64,000 nucleotides of DNA from Angustibacter luteus (GTDB lineage: Bacteria > Actinomycetota > Actinomycetes > Actinomycetales > Angustibacteraceae). Shown in pieces: positions 40,850-49,691 of the stretch. The stretch is taken from positions 434,001-498,000 of the forward strand of contig NZ_BAABFP010000007.1 in the NCBI RefSeq assembly GCF_039541115.1, written 5' to 3'. Both the position numbers and the translations under genes were made by a program. The notes under the pieces were generated by a model. The model was not told the origin of the DNA. It did no database searches and saw only the letters and a list, made by a program, of their open reading frames with translations. Position 1 is the first letter of the stretch; each line of letters starts with the position of its first letter.

Positions 40850-41490
40850 GTCGCGGCCGACAGGTCCTGCTGCTGCGGCACGGCCAGACCGGCTGGAACG
40901 CCGCCGGCCGCTTCCAGGGCCAGACGGACATCGAGCTGGACGACGTCGGCCGGCGTCAGGCCAAGCGGGCGGCGTCCCACCTGGCTCGGCTCTCGCCGTC
41001 CGCGATCGTGTCCTCGGACCTGCTCCGGGCACGGGCCACGGCCGCGGCGCTCGCCGCGCAGACCCAGCTGGAGGTCGCCGTCGACGTCCGGCTGCGCGAG
41101 GTCTACGCCGGGTCGTGGCAGGGCCTCACGACCACCGAGATCGACGAGCAGACCCCCGAGCTGCGGCAGGCCTGGCGCACCGGCGCCGACGTGCGGCCCG
41201 GCGGGGACGGCGAGACGCGGCTCGAGCTGGGCAAGCGGGTGGCCGAGGCGGTGCGCGAGCACGCGGAGATCATCGACCCCGGCGAGCTGCTGGTCGTGGT
41301 GACCCACGGCGGCTCCATCAGCAACGGCGTGCAGACCCTGCTGGGCGTGCCGCGCGAGTACTGGCCGGTCGTGTCCGGGGTCGGCAACTGCCACTGGACC
41401 GTCCTGGAGCAGCAGCGGGACGCACGCTGGGTGCTGACCGAGCACAACGCGTTCTCGCTGCCCGAGGACGTCGTCGGCGACGAGTCCTGA
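40846..41490 (+). CDS. Histidine phosphatase family protein (GpgP-like position)
   Basis: LLRHGQT.WN..RFQG..D, SSDL.RA, VVTHGG; GTG overlaps the rsfS stop. Confidence 0.9.
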   Translation: MSRGRQVLLLRHGQTGWNAAGRFQGQTDIELDDVGRRQAKRAASHLARLSPSAIVSSDLLRARATAAALAAQTQLEVAVDVRLREVYAGSWQGLTTTEIDEQTPELRQAWRTGADVRPGGDGETRLELGKRVAEAVREHAEIIDPGELLVVVTHGGSISNGVQTLLGVPREYWPVVSGVGNCHWTVLEQQRDARWVLTEHNAFSLPEDVVGDES

Positions 41491-41560
41491 GGCGTTCGAC
41501 CCCCGATTTGGTCCGGTGCCGGGGGGTCAGGCTAAACTTGGCGAGCCCTACGGGGTGAAC

Positions 41561-41636
41561 GGGGCTGTGGCGCAGCTGGTAGCGCACTTCCATGGCATGG
41601 AAGGGGTCAGGGGTTCGAGTCCCCTCAGCTCCACCA
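41561..41636 (+). tRNA. tRNA-Ala (GGC)
   Basis: GGGGCTG...CAGCTCC-A-CCA acceptor stem with G3:U70; anticodon arm CTTCC-ATGGCAT-GGAAG; T loop GTTCGAG. -10 TAAACT at 41533-41538. Confidence 0.98.
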
Positions 41637-41642
41637 GGACGA

Positions 41643-41676
41643 CGGCGGGCCGGTGACGGCCCGCCGCTTCTGTTTT
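41643..41676 (+). terminator. Intrinsic terminator after tRNA-Ala
   Basis: CGGCGGGCCG-gtga-CGGCCCGCCG then CTTCTGTTTT. Confidence 0.8.
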
Positions 41677-41888
41677 GCCTGCGACCTGGTGCGGCGCCGA
41701 GACCAGAGAAGTGGGGCATCTGGGCCGGCTCGGCTGCCCCACTTTCTCTGGTCTCGCGTCCGCGACGCGGGCAAGCGGCGTGATCGACGACAAGTCGAAA
41801 CGTGCGCTTTGCCCGTTCTTGACCGCAGGATCGCTACGTTGTCGAGGCTCCGTCAGGAGGACTGGCGGTAGACGAGACGGGAGCACCC

Positions 41889-43091
41889 ATGACGCGCAAC
41901 CCGGGCAACCGGTGGACGAGAGGCCGGTGGAAGGGTGTGCTGGCGCTCGTCGCCGCGCTCGCGGCGGCGGTCATCGTCGTCCCGGGGCTCGCCGGCACGG
42001 CCGGGGCCGCAGCCCCGCTCACCGTGGCCCAGGCCCGGGCGAGCCAGACCGGTGCCACCGGCACCGTGCGGGGCTACGTCGTCGGCCAGCCCACGGCGTC
42101 CGACACGGTGGTGCGTTCAGGGTTCCCCAACGACTACGCGATGGCGCTCGCCGACAGCGCCTCCACCACGAGCACGACGTCGATGGTCTACGTGCAGATC
42201 CCGGCGGCGTTCCGCTCCGCGTGGGGCCTGCGCAGCAACCCGTCGCTGCTCGGCCAGCAGCTCGACGTCACCGGAGCGCTCAGCGCGTACTTCTCCCGAC
42301 CCGGCGTCACGTCGTCCACGGCGTTCGCGAGGTCGGGCTCGTCCAGCCCGACGTCAACCGCGACACCAACCCCGACATCCAGCCCGACCGGGTCCGACCC
42401 GAACGCCACGTACTACGCGGCGGCCGCCGGCAAGAGCGGGGCCGCGCTCCGCAACGCCCTGCACTCGATCATCTCCACCGGCGTCACCCGGCTCACCTAC
42501 GACCAGGTCTGGGACGCCCTGAAGGTCACCGACCAGGACCCGAACAACACCGCCAACGTCATCGAGATCTACTCCGGCCGCTCGATCGCCAAGAGCAGCA
42601 ACGGCGGGGGAGTCGACGACTGGAACCGCGAGCACGTCTGGGCCAAGTCGCACGGCGACTTCGGGACCGCGACGGGGCCAGGTACCGACGTCCACCACCT
42701 GCGCCCCGAGGACGTCAGCGTGAACTCGGCCCGCGGCAACCTGGACTTCGACAACGGCGGCAGCGCCGTGGCGCAGTGCAGCGGCTGCACCGTGGACGCC
42801 GACTCGTTCGCCCCGCGCGCGGCGGTCCGCGGTGACGTGGCCCGGATGATCTTCTACATGGCGATCCGCTACGAGGGCGGCGACGGGTTCGCGAACCTCG
42901 AGCTGGACGACGTGGTGAACAACGGCAGCGCGCCCTATATCGGCCGCCTCTCCGTGCTCAAGCAGTGGAACGCCCAGGACCCGCCGGACGCGTTCGAGAA
43001 ACGGCGGAACCAGGTCATCTACGACCAGTTCCAGCACAACCGGAACCCGTTCGTCGATCACCCCGAATGGGTCGCGTCGATCTGGGGCTGA
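41889..43091 (+). CDS. Secreted endonuclease I family (Bsn-like) nuclease with an extra N-terminal domain
   Basis: Signal peptide, Ser/Thr/Pro linker, WNREHVWAKSHG, DVHHLRP...NSARGN, RGDVARMIFYM, NRNPFVDHP. Confidence 0.9.
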   Translation: MTRNPGNRWTRGRWKGVLALVAALAAAVIVVPGLAGTAGAAAPLTVAQARASQTGATGTVRGYVVGQPTASDTVVRSGFPNDYAMALADSASTTSTTSMVYVQIPAAFRSAWGLRSNPSLLGQQLDVTGALSAYFSRPGVTSSTAFARSGSSSPTSTATPTPTSSPTGSDPNATYYAAAAGKSGAALRNALHSIISTGVTRLTYDQVWDALKVTDQDPNNTANVIEIYSGRSIAKSSNGGGVDDWNREHVWAKSHGDFGTATGPGTDVHHLRPEDVSVNSARGNLDFDNGGSAVAQCSGCTVDADSFAPRAAVRGDVARMIFYMAIRYEGGDGFANLELDDVVNNGSAPYIGRLSVLKQWNAQDPPDAFEKRRNQVIYDQFQHNRNPFVDHPEWVASIWG

Positions 43092-43093
43092 GG

Positions 43094-43122
43094 CTCAAGG
43101 AACCGCGCCCGTGTGACGAAGA
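43094..43122 (+). promoter_or_regulatory. Sigma-28-type promoter, leaderless geometry
   Basis: CTCAAG-N15-GACGAAGA-N7-GTG(43130). Confidence 0.65.
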
Positions 43123-43129
43123 TTCACCC

Positions 43130-44086
43130 GTGACGGAACCCTTGGATCGCCCGCACCACGCACCGGCCCTGCCGTTGTGGGCGTTCGACGTGGCCGCCGT
43201 GGCGCTCGCCGCCGTCGGCGCCGTGCTCACCGTGCTGTCGGTCGACCCGGGCTGGACCGCCCTCGCCGTCCTCGCGCTGGCCGTGGGCGTGCTGGGATCC
43301 GAGCGCTCCGTCTGGTTGTCGATCGCCCTGGCCACCGGCTGCACCGCGCTCCTGGTCAGCGTCGGGATGCACGTCGTGCGGACGCCCACGTGGACCCTCT
43401 CCGAGATCCTCGACTGGGCCCTGGCCCTCGTCGTCCTCGCCGGCGTCGGGTGGGTCGCGTTCGTCGCGCACGCCCGGCTGCACCGCGGCCGGCACGAGGT
43501 CGACCGGGCGATGGCCTTCGCGCAGGACGCCACGGTGCACGACCCGCTGACCGGCCTGGCCAACCGCAAGGGCCTGGCCATGCTCGGTGCGCAGATCATG
43601 GAGACCGCGCGACGCCGCGGCGACGCCGTCTACTGCATGTTCCTGGACGTCGACGGGCTGGCCCGGGTCAACACCGAGCTGGGCCACGCCTCCGGCGACG
43701 AGGTCCTGCTGACTGTCGCCGAGGCCCTGACCACCTCCACCCGCGCCACGGACGCCGTGGCCCGCTGGGGTGACGACGAGTTCGTCGTCGTCGGCCCGGG
43801 CACCGGCCTAGCGCCGCTGGAGATGGAGCGCCGCGTCCGCGCCCGCTGCCTGGAGAACTCGCCCGTCCCGCGCGAGCGCTGGGGTGCCCGGATCAGCGCC
43901 GGCGGTGCCGTCCTTGAGCCCTGGGACGACGGGGACGTCGACTCGCTGCTGCGCCAGGCCGACCGCGAGATGCACCTGCGGCGCGCACTGCGCCGCGAGG
44001 CCGCGGCCCCGCCGTACCGGCCGGTGCGCCTCGACCAGAGCCCCAACCCGCCGGACCTGCGCCGCCCGCACGGCTGGTCCGACTGA
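43130..44086 (+). CDS. Membrane GGDEF-domain protein with degenerate active site (GDDEF)
   Basis: Four TM helices; HDPLTGLANR, DVDGLARVNTELGH..GD, RATD-AVARW-GDDEF. Confidence 0.88.
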   Translation: MTEPLDRPHHAPALPLWAFDVAAVALAAVGAVLTVLSVDPGWTALAVLALAVGVLGSERSVWLSIALATGCTALLVSVGMHVVRTPTWTLSEILDWALALVVLAGVGWVAFVAHARLHRGRHEVDRAMAFAQDATVHDPLTGLANRKGLAMLGAQIMETARRRGDAVYCMFLDVDGLARVNTELGHASGDEVLLTVAEALTTSTRATDAVARWGDDEFVVVGPGTGLAPLEMERRVRARCLENSPVPRERWGARISAGGAVLEPWDDGDVDSLLRQADREMHLRRALRREAAAPPYRPVRLDQSPNPPDLRRPHGWSD

Positions 44087-44144
44087 CCCGCACCTGCGCG
44101 GGCACGGGGACGGGCAGGGGCACGGGCAGCGCTAGCGTGCTCGC

Positions 44145-44885
44145 GTGACCGGTCGGCTGCTCGTCCTCGGCGACTCGCTGACCTACCACGGGCCCACCGG
44201 GCCCGAGCTCGTCACCGACCCGCGGCTGTGGCCGCAGCAGGTGGCGGCGTCCACCGGACGCCGGCTCGACCTGCTGGCCCGGCAGGGCTGGACCGCCCGC
44301 GACGCGTGGTGGGCGCTCACCAAGGACCCGGTTGCCTGGTCCGTGCTGCTGCCGCGGGCCGACGTCCTGGTCCTCGCGGTGGGCGGCATGGACGCGCTGC
44401 CGGCCAGCCTCCCGACGTACCTGCGGGAGGGGATCCCGTACGTGCGGCCGGCCGCCGCGCGCCGTCGGGTGCGCGCCGCCTACCGGACCGCTCACCCGGT
44501 CGTGGTGCGGTGCACCGGCGGTCGGCTGCGGGCGCTGCCGCAGCGGGCCACCGACCACTACCTGTCCCGGGTCGTGGCCGGTGCGCGGCACTACCGGCCG
44601 GGCATCGCGGTGGTCGCGCTGACCCCGCCGCCGTGGCGATCCGCCGACTTCCCGGTGCACCGGACGCACGGCCCGTCCGTGCAGGCCGCGCGGGCCTGGG
44701 CGGCCCGCGAGCGGGTCGACCTCGTCGAGCTGGACCCGATCGTCGCACCGGCACTGGCCGCCGGCCGGGGCAACCCGGACGGCCTGCACTGGGACTGGCC
44801 GACCCACCAGGAGATCGGGCGGGCGGTCAGTGCTGCCGTGGCCCGCGCCGTCCGCGCGAGCGCCGCCGGCACTGCGCTAACCTGA
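44145..44885 (+). CDS. SGNH hydrolase/acyltransferase, OctT-like
   Basis: LVLGDSLTYHGP...DPRLWP, GWTARDAWWA..DP, NPDGLHW. Resemblance to mycobacterial diglucosylglycerate octanoyltransferase is from memory. Confidence 0.75.
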   Translation: MTGRLLVLGDSLTYHGPTGPELVTDPRLWPQQVAASTGRRLDLLARQGWTARDAWWALTKDPVAWSVLLPRADVLVLAVGGMDALPASLPTYLREGIPYVRPAAARRRVRAAYRTAHPVVVRCTGGRLRALPQRATDHYLSRVVAGARHYRPGIAVVALTPPPWRSADFPVHRTHGPSVQAARAWAARERVDLVELDPIVAPALAAGRGNPDGLHWDWPTHQEIGRAVSAAVARAVRASAAGTALT

Positions 44886-44889
44886 CCAG

Positions 44890-44925
44890 GTGCGAGTCGT
44901 GCAGCTCCTTAGCCGGCCGCGCTGA
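44890..44925 (+). CDS. leuS leader peptide MRVVQLLSRPR
   Basis: TAACCT (44878-44883)-N6-GTG; tandem Leu codons CTC CTT; stop lies inside an 11-bp helix. Confidence 0.8.
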   Translation: MRVVQLLSRPR

Positions 44926-45022
44926 CCTCGAGAACGGGTGCGACCCCGCCGGGCCCCGCACGATCCCGCGTCAGCGCGGCGACCCTCCTGCGCAGGTCCA
45001 GCCTGTGACCCGGGGGTCTTTT
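44916..45022 (+). promoter_or_regulatory. Ribosome-mediated transcription attenuator of leuS
   Basis: 44916-44926 GCCGCGCTGAC pairs with 44970-44980 GTCAGCGCGGC. Terminator GACCCTC...GGGGGTC-TTTT at 44981-45022. Confidence 0.75.
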
Positions 45023-45071
45023 CGTGTCTCGCAGACACTCCAGCGGCCGGCACCCTGACGACGACAGGACC

Positions 45072-47960
45072 ATGATGAGCGACACGATCGACAGCGCCAG
45101 CACCGCGAGCGCGGCGGAGACCCCGCCGTTCCGGTACTCCGCGCAGCTTGCCGGCCAGATCGAGCAGGACTGGCAGGACCACTGGGAGAGCGAGGGCACG
45201 TTCAGCGCGCCCAACCCCGCCGGGCCGTGGGCGGACCCGGACGGCGTGGCCGCCCGGGAGAAGCTGTTCGTGCTGGACATGTTCCCCTACCCCTCGGGCG
45301 CCGGCCTGCACGTCGGGCACCCGCTGGGCTACATCGCGACGGACGTGTTCGGCCGCTACCAGCGGATGCGCGGGCTGAACGTGCTGCACGCCCTGGGCTA
45401 TGACGCGTTCGGCCTGCCTGCCGAGCAGTACGCCGTGCAGACCGGGCAGCACCCGCGCAAGACCACCGAGGAGAACATCGTCACGATGCGCCGCCAGCTG
45501 CGGCGGTTGGGGCTGGCGCACGACTCGCGCCGGTCGGTGGCGACCACGGACCCGGAGTTCGTGCGCTGGACGCAGTGGATGTTCCTGCGGATCTGGGACG
45601 CCTGGTACGACACCGATGCCGAGGGCGGGCGGGGTCGGGCGCGGCCCATCGCCGAGCTGGAGCGCGAGTTCGCGGACGGCGTCCGGCCGCTGCCGGACGG
45701 GCGCGACTGGGCGGACCTGGACGCGGGGGAGCGGCGCGATGTCGTGGACGGCTACCGGCTGGCCTACGTCTCCGAGGCGCCGGTCAACTGGTGCCCCGGC
45801 CTGGGGACGGTGCTGTCCAACGAGGAGGTCACGAACGAAGGCCGCAGCGAGCGCGGCAACTTCCCGGTCTTCAAGCGCAGCCTGCGGCAGTGGATGATGC
45901 GGATCAGCGCGTACTCCGACCGGCTGACCGACGACCTGGACCGGCTGGACTGGCCGGAACCGGTCAAGCTGATGCAGCGCAACTGGATCGGGCGCAGCCA
46001 CGGTGCGCGGGTGCGGTTCGCGGTGGCCGGCGGGGCCGACATCGAGGTCTTCACCACGCGGCCCGACACGTTGTTCGGTGCGACGTTCATGGTCCTGGCG
46101 CCCGAGCACCCGCTGGTCGACCAGATCGTCCCCGCGGCCTGGCCCGAGGGCACGAAGGACGCCTGGACCGGCGGCGCGAGCGACCCGGCGGCCGCGGTCG
46201 CCGCCTACCGGCAGCAGGCGTCGCTGAAGAGCGACCTGGAGCGGCAGACCGAGGGCCGGGAGAAGACCGGCGTGTTCACCGGGGCGTTCGCGACCAGCCC
46301 GGTCAGCGGCCAGCCGGTCCCGGTCTTCGTCGCCGACTACGTGCTGATGGGCTACGGCACCGGCGCGATCATGGCCGTGCCCGGCCAGGACGAGCGCGAC
46401 TGGGAGTTCGCCACCCGGTTCGACCTGCCGATCATCCGGACCGTCGCGCCGCCGTCGGGCTGGGAGGGTGAGGCGTTCACCGGTGAGGGTCCGGCGATCA
46501 ACTCGGCCAACGACGAGATCAGGCTGGACGGCCTGGGCATCCCCGAGGCCAAGGCCGCCATCACGCAGTGGTTGCAGCGCAACGGGTCTGGCGAGGGAGC
46601 GATCACCTACAAGCTGCGCGACTGGCTGTTCAGCCGGCAGCGCTACTGGGGCGAGCCGTTCCCGGTGGTGTTCGACGACGAGGGTCGGGTGCACGCCGTC
46701 CCGGACGACCAGCTGCCCGTGCAGCTGCCCGACGTCCCGGACTACTCGCCGCGCACGTTCGCGCCGGACGACGCCGACTCCGACCCCGAGCCGCCGCTGG
46801 GCCGCGTGCCCGAGTGGGTGTCCGTGGAGATGGACCTGGGTGAGGGCCCGCGGCGCTACCGCCGCGAGACGAACACCATGCCGAACTGGGCCGGGTCCTG
46901 CTGGTACTTCCTGCGGTACCTGGACCCGGCGAACCAGGACACGTTCTGCGACCCGGAGAACGAGGCCTACTGGATGGGGCCGCGCGGCGAGCGCGCGCCG
47001 GGGGTGGCCGACCCCGGCGGCGTCGACCTGTACGTCGGCGGCGTCGAGCACGCCGTCCTGCACCTGCTGTACGCGCGCTTCTGGCACAAGGTGCTGCACG
47101 ACCTGGGCTACGTGACGAGCGAGGAGCCGTTCCGGCGCTACTTCGGCCAGGGCATGATCCAGGCGTTCGCCTACCGGGACACCCGTGGTCAGGTCGTCCC
47201 GGCCGACGAGGTCGTCGAGGACGACGGCGAGTGGTCGTGGCAGGGCGAGTCGGTCGCTCGCGAGCACGGCAAGATGGGCAAGTCGCTGAAGAACGTCGTG
47301 ACGCCCGACGAGATGTACGAGAGCTACGGCGCCGACACCTTCCGGGTCTACGAGATGTCGATGGGTCCACTGGACGTGTCACGGCCGTGGGAGACGCGGG
47401 CCGTCGTCGGCTCGCTGCGCTTCCTGCAGCGACTGTGGCGCAACGTGGTCGACGAGCAGACCGGTGGGCTGACGGTGGTCGACGAGCCGGCTCCCGAGGC
47501 GCTGCGCCGGGCCCTGCACCAGACCGTCGACGCGGTCGGGCGCGACTTCGAGGGCATGCGGTTCAACACCGCCGTGGCCAAGCTGATCGAGCTGAACAAC
47601 CAGCTGACGCCGTTGGCGGCCGTGCCGCGCGAGCTGGCGGAGCCGCTGGTGCTGATGGCCGCGCCGATGGCGCCGCACCTGGCGGAGGAGCTGTGGCGCC
47701 GGTTGGGGCACGACACCTCGCTGGCGTTCGAACCGTTCCCGCAGGCCGATCCCGCGCTGCTGGTCGACGACACGGTCACCTGCGTCGTCCAGGTCCAGGG
47801 CAAGGTCCGCGACCGGCTGGAGGTGCCGCCGGGCATCGCCGAGGACGAGCTGCGCGAGCTGGCCCTGGCCAGCGACAAGGTCGTCGCGGCCCTGGCCGGT
47901 CGCGGCATCCGCACCGTCGTCGTCCGGGCGCCGAAGCTGGTCAACGTGGTGCCGGAGTAG
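45072..47960 (+). CDS. leuS: Leucine--tRNA ligase
   Basis: [49 protein letters not shown]. Confidence 0.97.
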   Translation: MMSDTIDSASTASAAETPPFRYSAQLAGQIEQDWQDHWESEGTFSAPNPAGPWADPDGVAAREKLFVLDMFPYPSGAGLHVGHPLGYIATDVFGRYQRMRGLNVLHALGYDAFGLPAEQYAVQTGQHPRKTTEENIVTMRRQLRRLGLAHDSRRSVATTDPEFVRWTQWMFLRIWDAWYDTDAEGGRGRARPIAELEREFADGVRPLPDGRDWADLDAGERRDVVDGYRLAYVSEAPVNWCPGLGTVLSNEEVTNEGRSERGNFPVFKRSLRQWMMRISAYSDRLTDDLDRLDWPEPVKLMQRNWIGRSHGARVRFAVAGGADIEVFTTRPDTLFGATFMVLAPEHPLVDQIVPAAWPEGTKDAWTGGASDPAAAVAAYRQQASLKSDLERQTEGREKTGVFTGAFATSPVSGQPVPVFVADYVLMGYGTGAIMAVPGQDERDWEFATRFDLPIIRTVAPPSGWEGEAFTGEGPAINSANDEIRLDGLGIPEAKAAITQWLQRNGSGEGAITYKLRDWLFSRQRYWGEPFPVVFDDEGRVHAVPDDQLPVQLPDVPDYSPRTFAPDDADSDPEPPLGRVPEWVSVEMDLGEGPRRYRRETNTMPNWAGSCWYFLRYLDPANQDTFCDPENEAYWMGPRGERAPGVADPGGVDLYVGGVEHAVLHLLYARFWHKVLHDLGYVTSEEPFRRYFGQGMIQAFAYRDTRGQVVPADEVVEDDGEWSWQGESVAREHGKMGKSLKNVVTPDEMYESYGADTFRVYEMSMGPLDVSRPWETRAVVGSLRFLQRLWRNVVDEQTGGLTVVDEPAPEALRRALHQTVDAVGRDFEGMRFNTAVAKLIELNNQLTPLAAVPRELAEPLVLMAAPMAPHLAEELWRRLGHDTSLAFEPFPQADPALLVDDTVTCVVQVQGKVRDRLEVPPGIAEDELRELALASDKVVAALAGRGIRTVVVRAPKLVNVVPE

Positions 47961-47964
47961 CACG

Positions 47965-48807
47965 GTGGTCGTCGCCGTCGTCACGGACTCCACCGCCACC
48001 CTGACCGACCACGACCTCCAGGGGCTCGACGTGCGCGTCGTCCCGCTGCAGGTGGTGGTCGGCCGGACGGCGTACGACGAGGGCGTCGAGATCACCTCGG
48101 CCGAGGTCGCGGCCGCGCTGCGGGCCGGGACGCCCTCGTCGACGTCCCGGCCGAGCCCCCAGCTCTTCCTGGACGCCTACACGGCGGCCGCCGAGGCCGG
48201 CGCGGACTCGGTGGTGTCGCTGCACATCTCGGCGGCGCTGTCGGGGACCTACGAGTCCGCGGTGCTCGCCGCGCGCGACTCGCCCGTGCCCACCGAGGTC
48301 GTCGACTCGCGCTCGATGGGGATGGGCCTGGGCTACCTCGTGCTGCAGGCGGCACGGTCGGCCGCGGACGGACAGGACGCGGCGACGATCGCGGCCGCGT
48401 CCCGCGAGCGCGCCCGGACCTCGCGCGCGTTCTTCTTCGTCGCCACCCTGGAGCACCTGCGGCGCGGCGGCCGGATCCGGCCCACCGCCGCCTTCGTCGG
48501 CTCGGCGCTGGCGATCAAACCCCTGCTGGTGCTGGACGACGGGATCATCTCGCCGCTGGAGAAGGTCCGGACGTCGTCCCGGGCGCTGGCCCGGCTCGCG
48601 GACCTGGCGGCGGCGCAGATCGGGCCGGGCCCGGCGGAGGTCGCCGTGCACCACCTGGACGCCCTCGAGCGGGCGCAGGCCCTGGCGGACGGGCTCGCCG
48701 CCAGACTGCCCGACCTCGGCCCGATCGAGGTGCGGGACGCCGGCGCCGTGATCGGCACGCACGTCGGGCCGGGGATGGTCGCGGTCGTGGTGGTGCCGGG
48801 CCCATGA
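47965..48807 (+). CDS. DegV family fatty-acid-binding protein (FakB-like)
   Basis: VVTDST, STSRPSP, HISAALSGTY, L.HL.RGGRI, IKP.L, HVGPG. Confidence 0.93.
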   Translation: MVVAVVTDSTATLTDHDLQGLDVRVVPLQVVVGRTAYDEGVEITSAEVAAALRAGTPSSTSRPSPQLFLDAYTAAAEAGADSVVSLHISAALSGTYESAVLAARDSPVPTEVVDSRSMGMGLGYLVLQAARSAADGQDAATIAAASRERARTSRAFFFVATLEHLRRGGRIRPTAAFVGSALAIKPLLVLDDGIISPLEKVRTSSRALARLADLAAAQIGPGPAEVAVHHLDALERAQALADGLAARLPDLGPIEVRDAGAVIGTHVGPGMVAVVVVPGP

Positions 48808-48875
48808 ACGGCCGGCCCATGAACGGCCGGCCCATGAACGGCCGGCCCATGAACGGCCGGCCCATGATCGGCCGG
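48801..48875 (+). repeat. 15-bp tandem array CCCATGAACGGCCGG (4 perfect copies plus 1 variant) between degV and plsY
   Basis: Read directly; units start at 48801, 48816, 48831, 48846 and 48861. Confidence 0.95.
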
Positions 48876-48877
48876 GC

Positions 48878-49516
48878 ATGAACGGCGCGCCGTGGTGGCA
48901 GCTCGTGCTGCTCGTGGTGCTGGCCTACCTGGTGGGCTCCGTGAGCCCGGCCGCACTGCTGGCCCGCCGGCGCGGGATCGACCTGCGGCACAGCGGGTCC
49001 GGCAACCCGGGTGCGACGAACGTGGCCCGGGCGATGGGCCGGCGCTGGGGGATCACCGTCGGCGTCCTGGACGTGCTCAAGGGCACCGTCCCCACTCTCG
49101 TCGGCCTGCTCGTGCTGGGTCGTCCGGGGGTGTACGCCGTCGCCGTCGCGTGCGTGCTCGGCCACGTCACGTCGCCCTTCCTGCGGGGCCGGGGCGGCAA
49201 GGGGGTGGCGACGTCGCTCGGCGTGCTGCTCGCCGCGGCCTGGCTGTGGGTGGCGGCCGTGGCGGTGGTGTTCGTCGTGGTGGTGGCAGTGACCCGGTGG
49301 GTGGCCGGCGCGTCCGTCGCGGCAGCGCTGGCGCTGGCGCCGGTGTGCCTGCTGCTGGGGCCGGTCTGGGGCGTCCCGGCGGACGCCTGGTCGCGGGTCT
49401 TCGGACTCGTCCTGGTGCTCGTGGTGCTCGGCCGGCACCGGACGAACCTGGTGCTGCGCTGGATGGCGCGCAAGGCCGGCGCCGGCACCAGCACCGGCAC
49501 CAGCACCAGCACCTGA
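48878..49516 (+). CDS. plsY: Glycerol-3-phosphate acyltransferase PlsY
   Basis: YLVGS, DLR..GSGNPGATN..R, D.LKG, GH..SPF....GGKGVAT, RHR.N. Confidence 0.9.
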   Translation: MNGAPWWQLVLLVVLAYLVGSVSPAALLARRRGIDLRHSGSGNPGATNVARAMGRRWGITVGVLDVLKGTVPTLVGLLVLGRPGVYAVAVACVLGHVTSPFLRGRGGKGVATSLGVLLAAAWLWVAAVAVVFVVVVAVTRWVAGASVAAALALAPVCLLLGPVWGVPADAWSRVFGLVLVLVVLGRHRTNLVLRWMARKAGAGTSTGTSTST

Positions 49517-49528
49517 CCCCCCCACTAA

Positions 49529-49596
49529 CGCCACTCAGTCCGGTTTCCGCCACTCAGGCCGGTTTCCCGGCCACGCAACCGGCCTGGGCGGCGGAA
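49529..49596. repeat. 19-bp tandem duplication with a long inverted repeat (REP-like)
   Basis: cgccactcag(t/g)ccggtttc twice; TTCCGCCACTCAGGCCGGTT pairs with AACCGGCCTGGGCGGCGGAA (2 imperfect positions). Confidence 0.65.
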
Positions 49597-49691
49597 GCGG
49601 GCTCTTGTCCACGGGAAGACGGTTCGTCCCACCGTCCACAGGTGCGGGTCGGCGGGCTGTGCCGCGGACGCCGGATGCCTAGCGTCGCAGC

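Noticed and set aside
41561..44885. Genomic island integrated at tRNA-Ala
   Set aside because: No integrase, no duplicated tRNA 3' end seen, and composition matches the flanks.
48801..48875. Possible CRISPR array
   Set aside because: 15-bp units are directly abutting with no spacers, and no cas genes are present.
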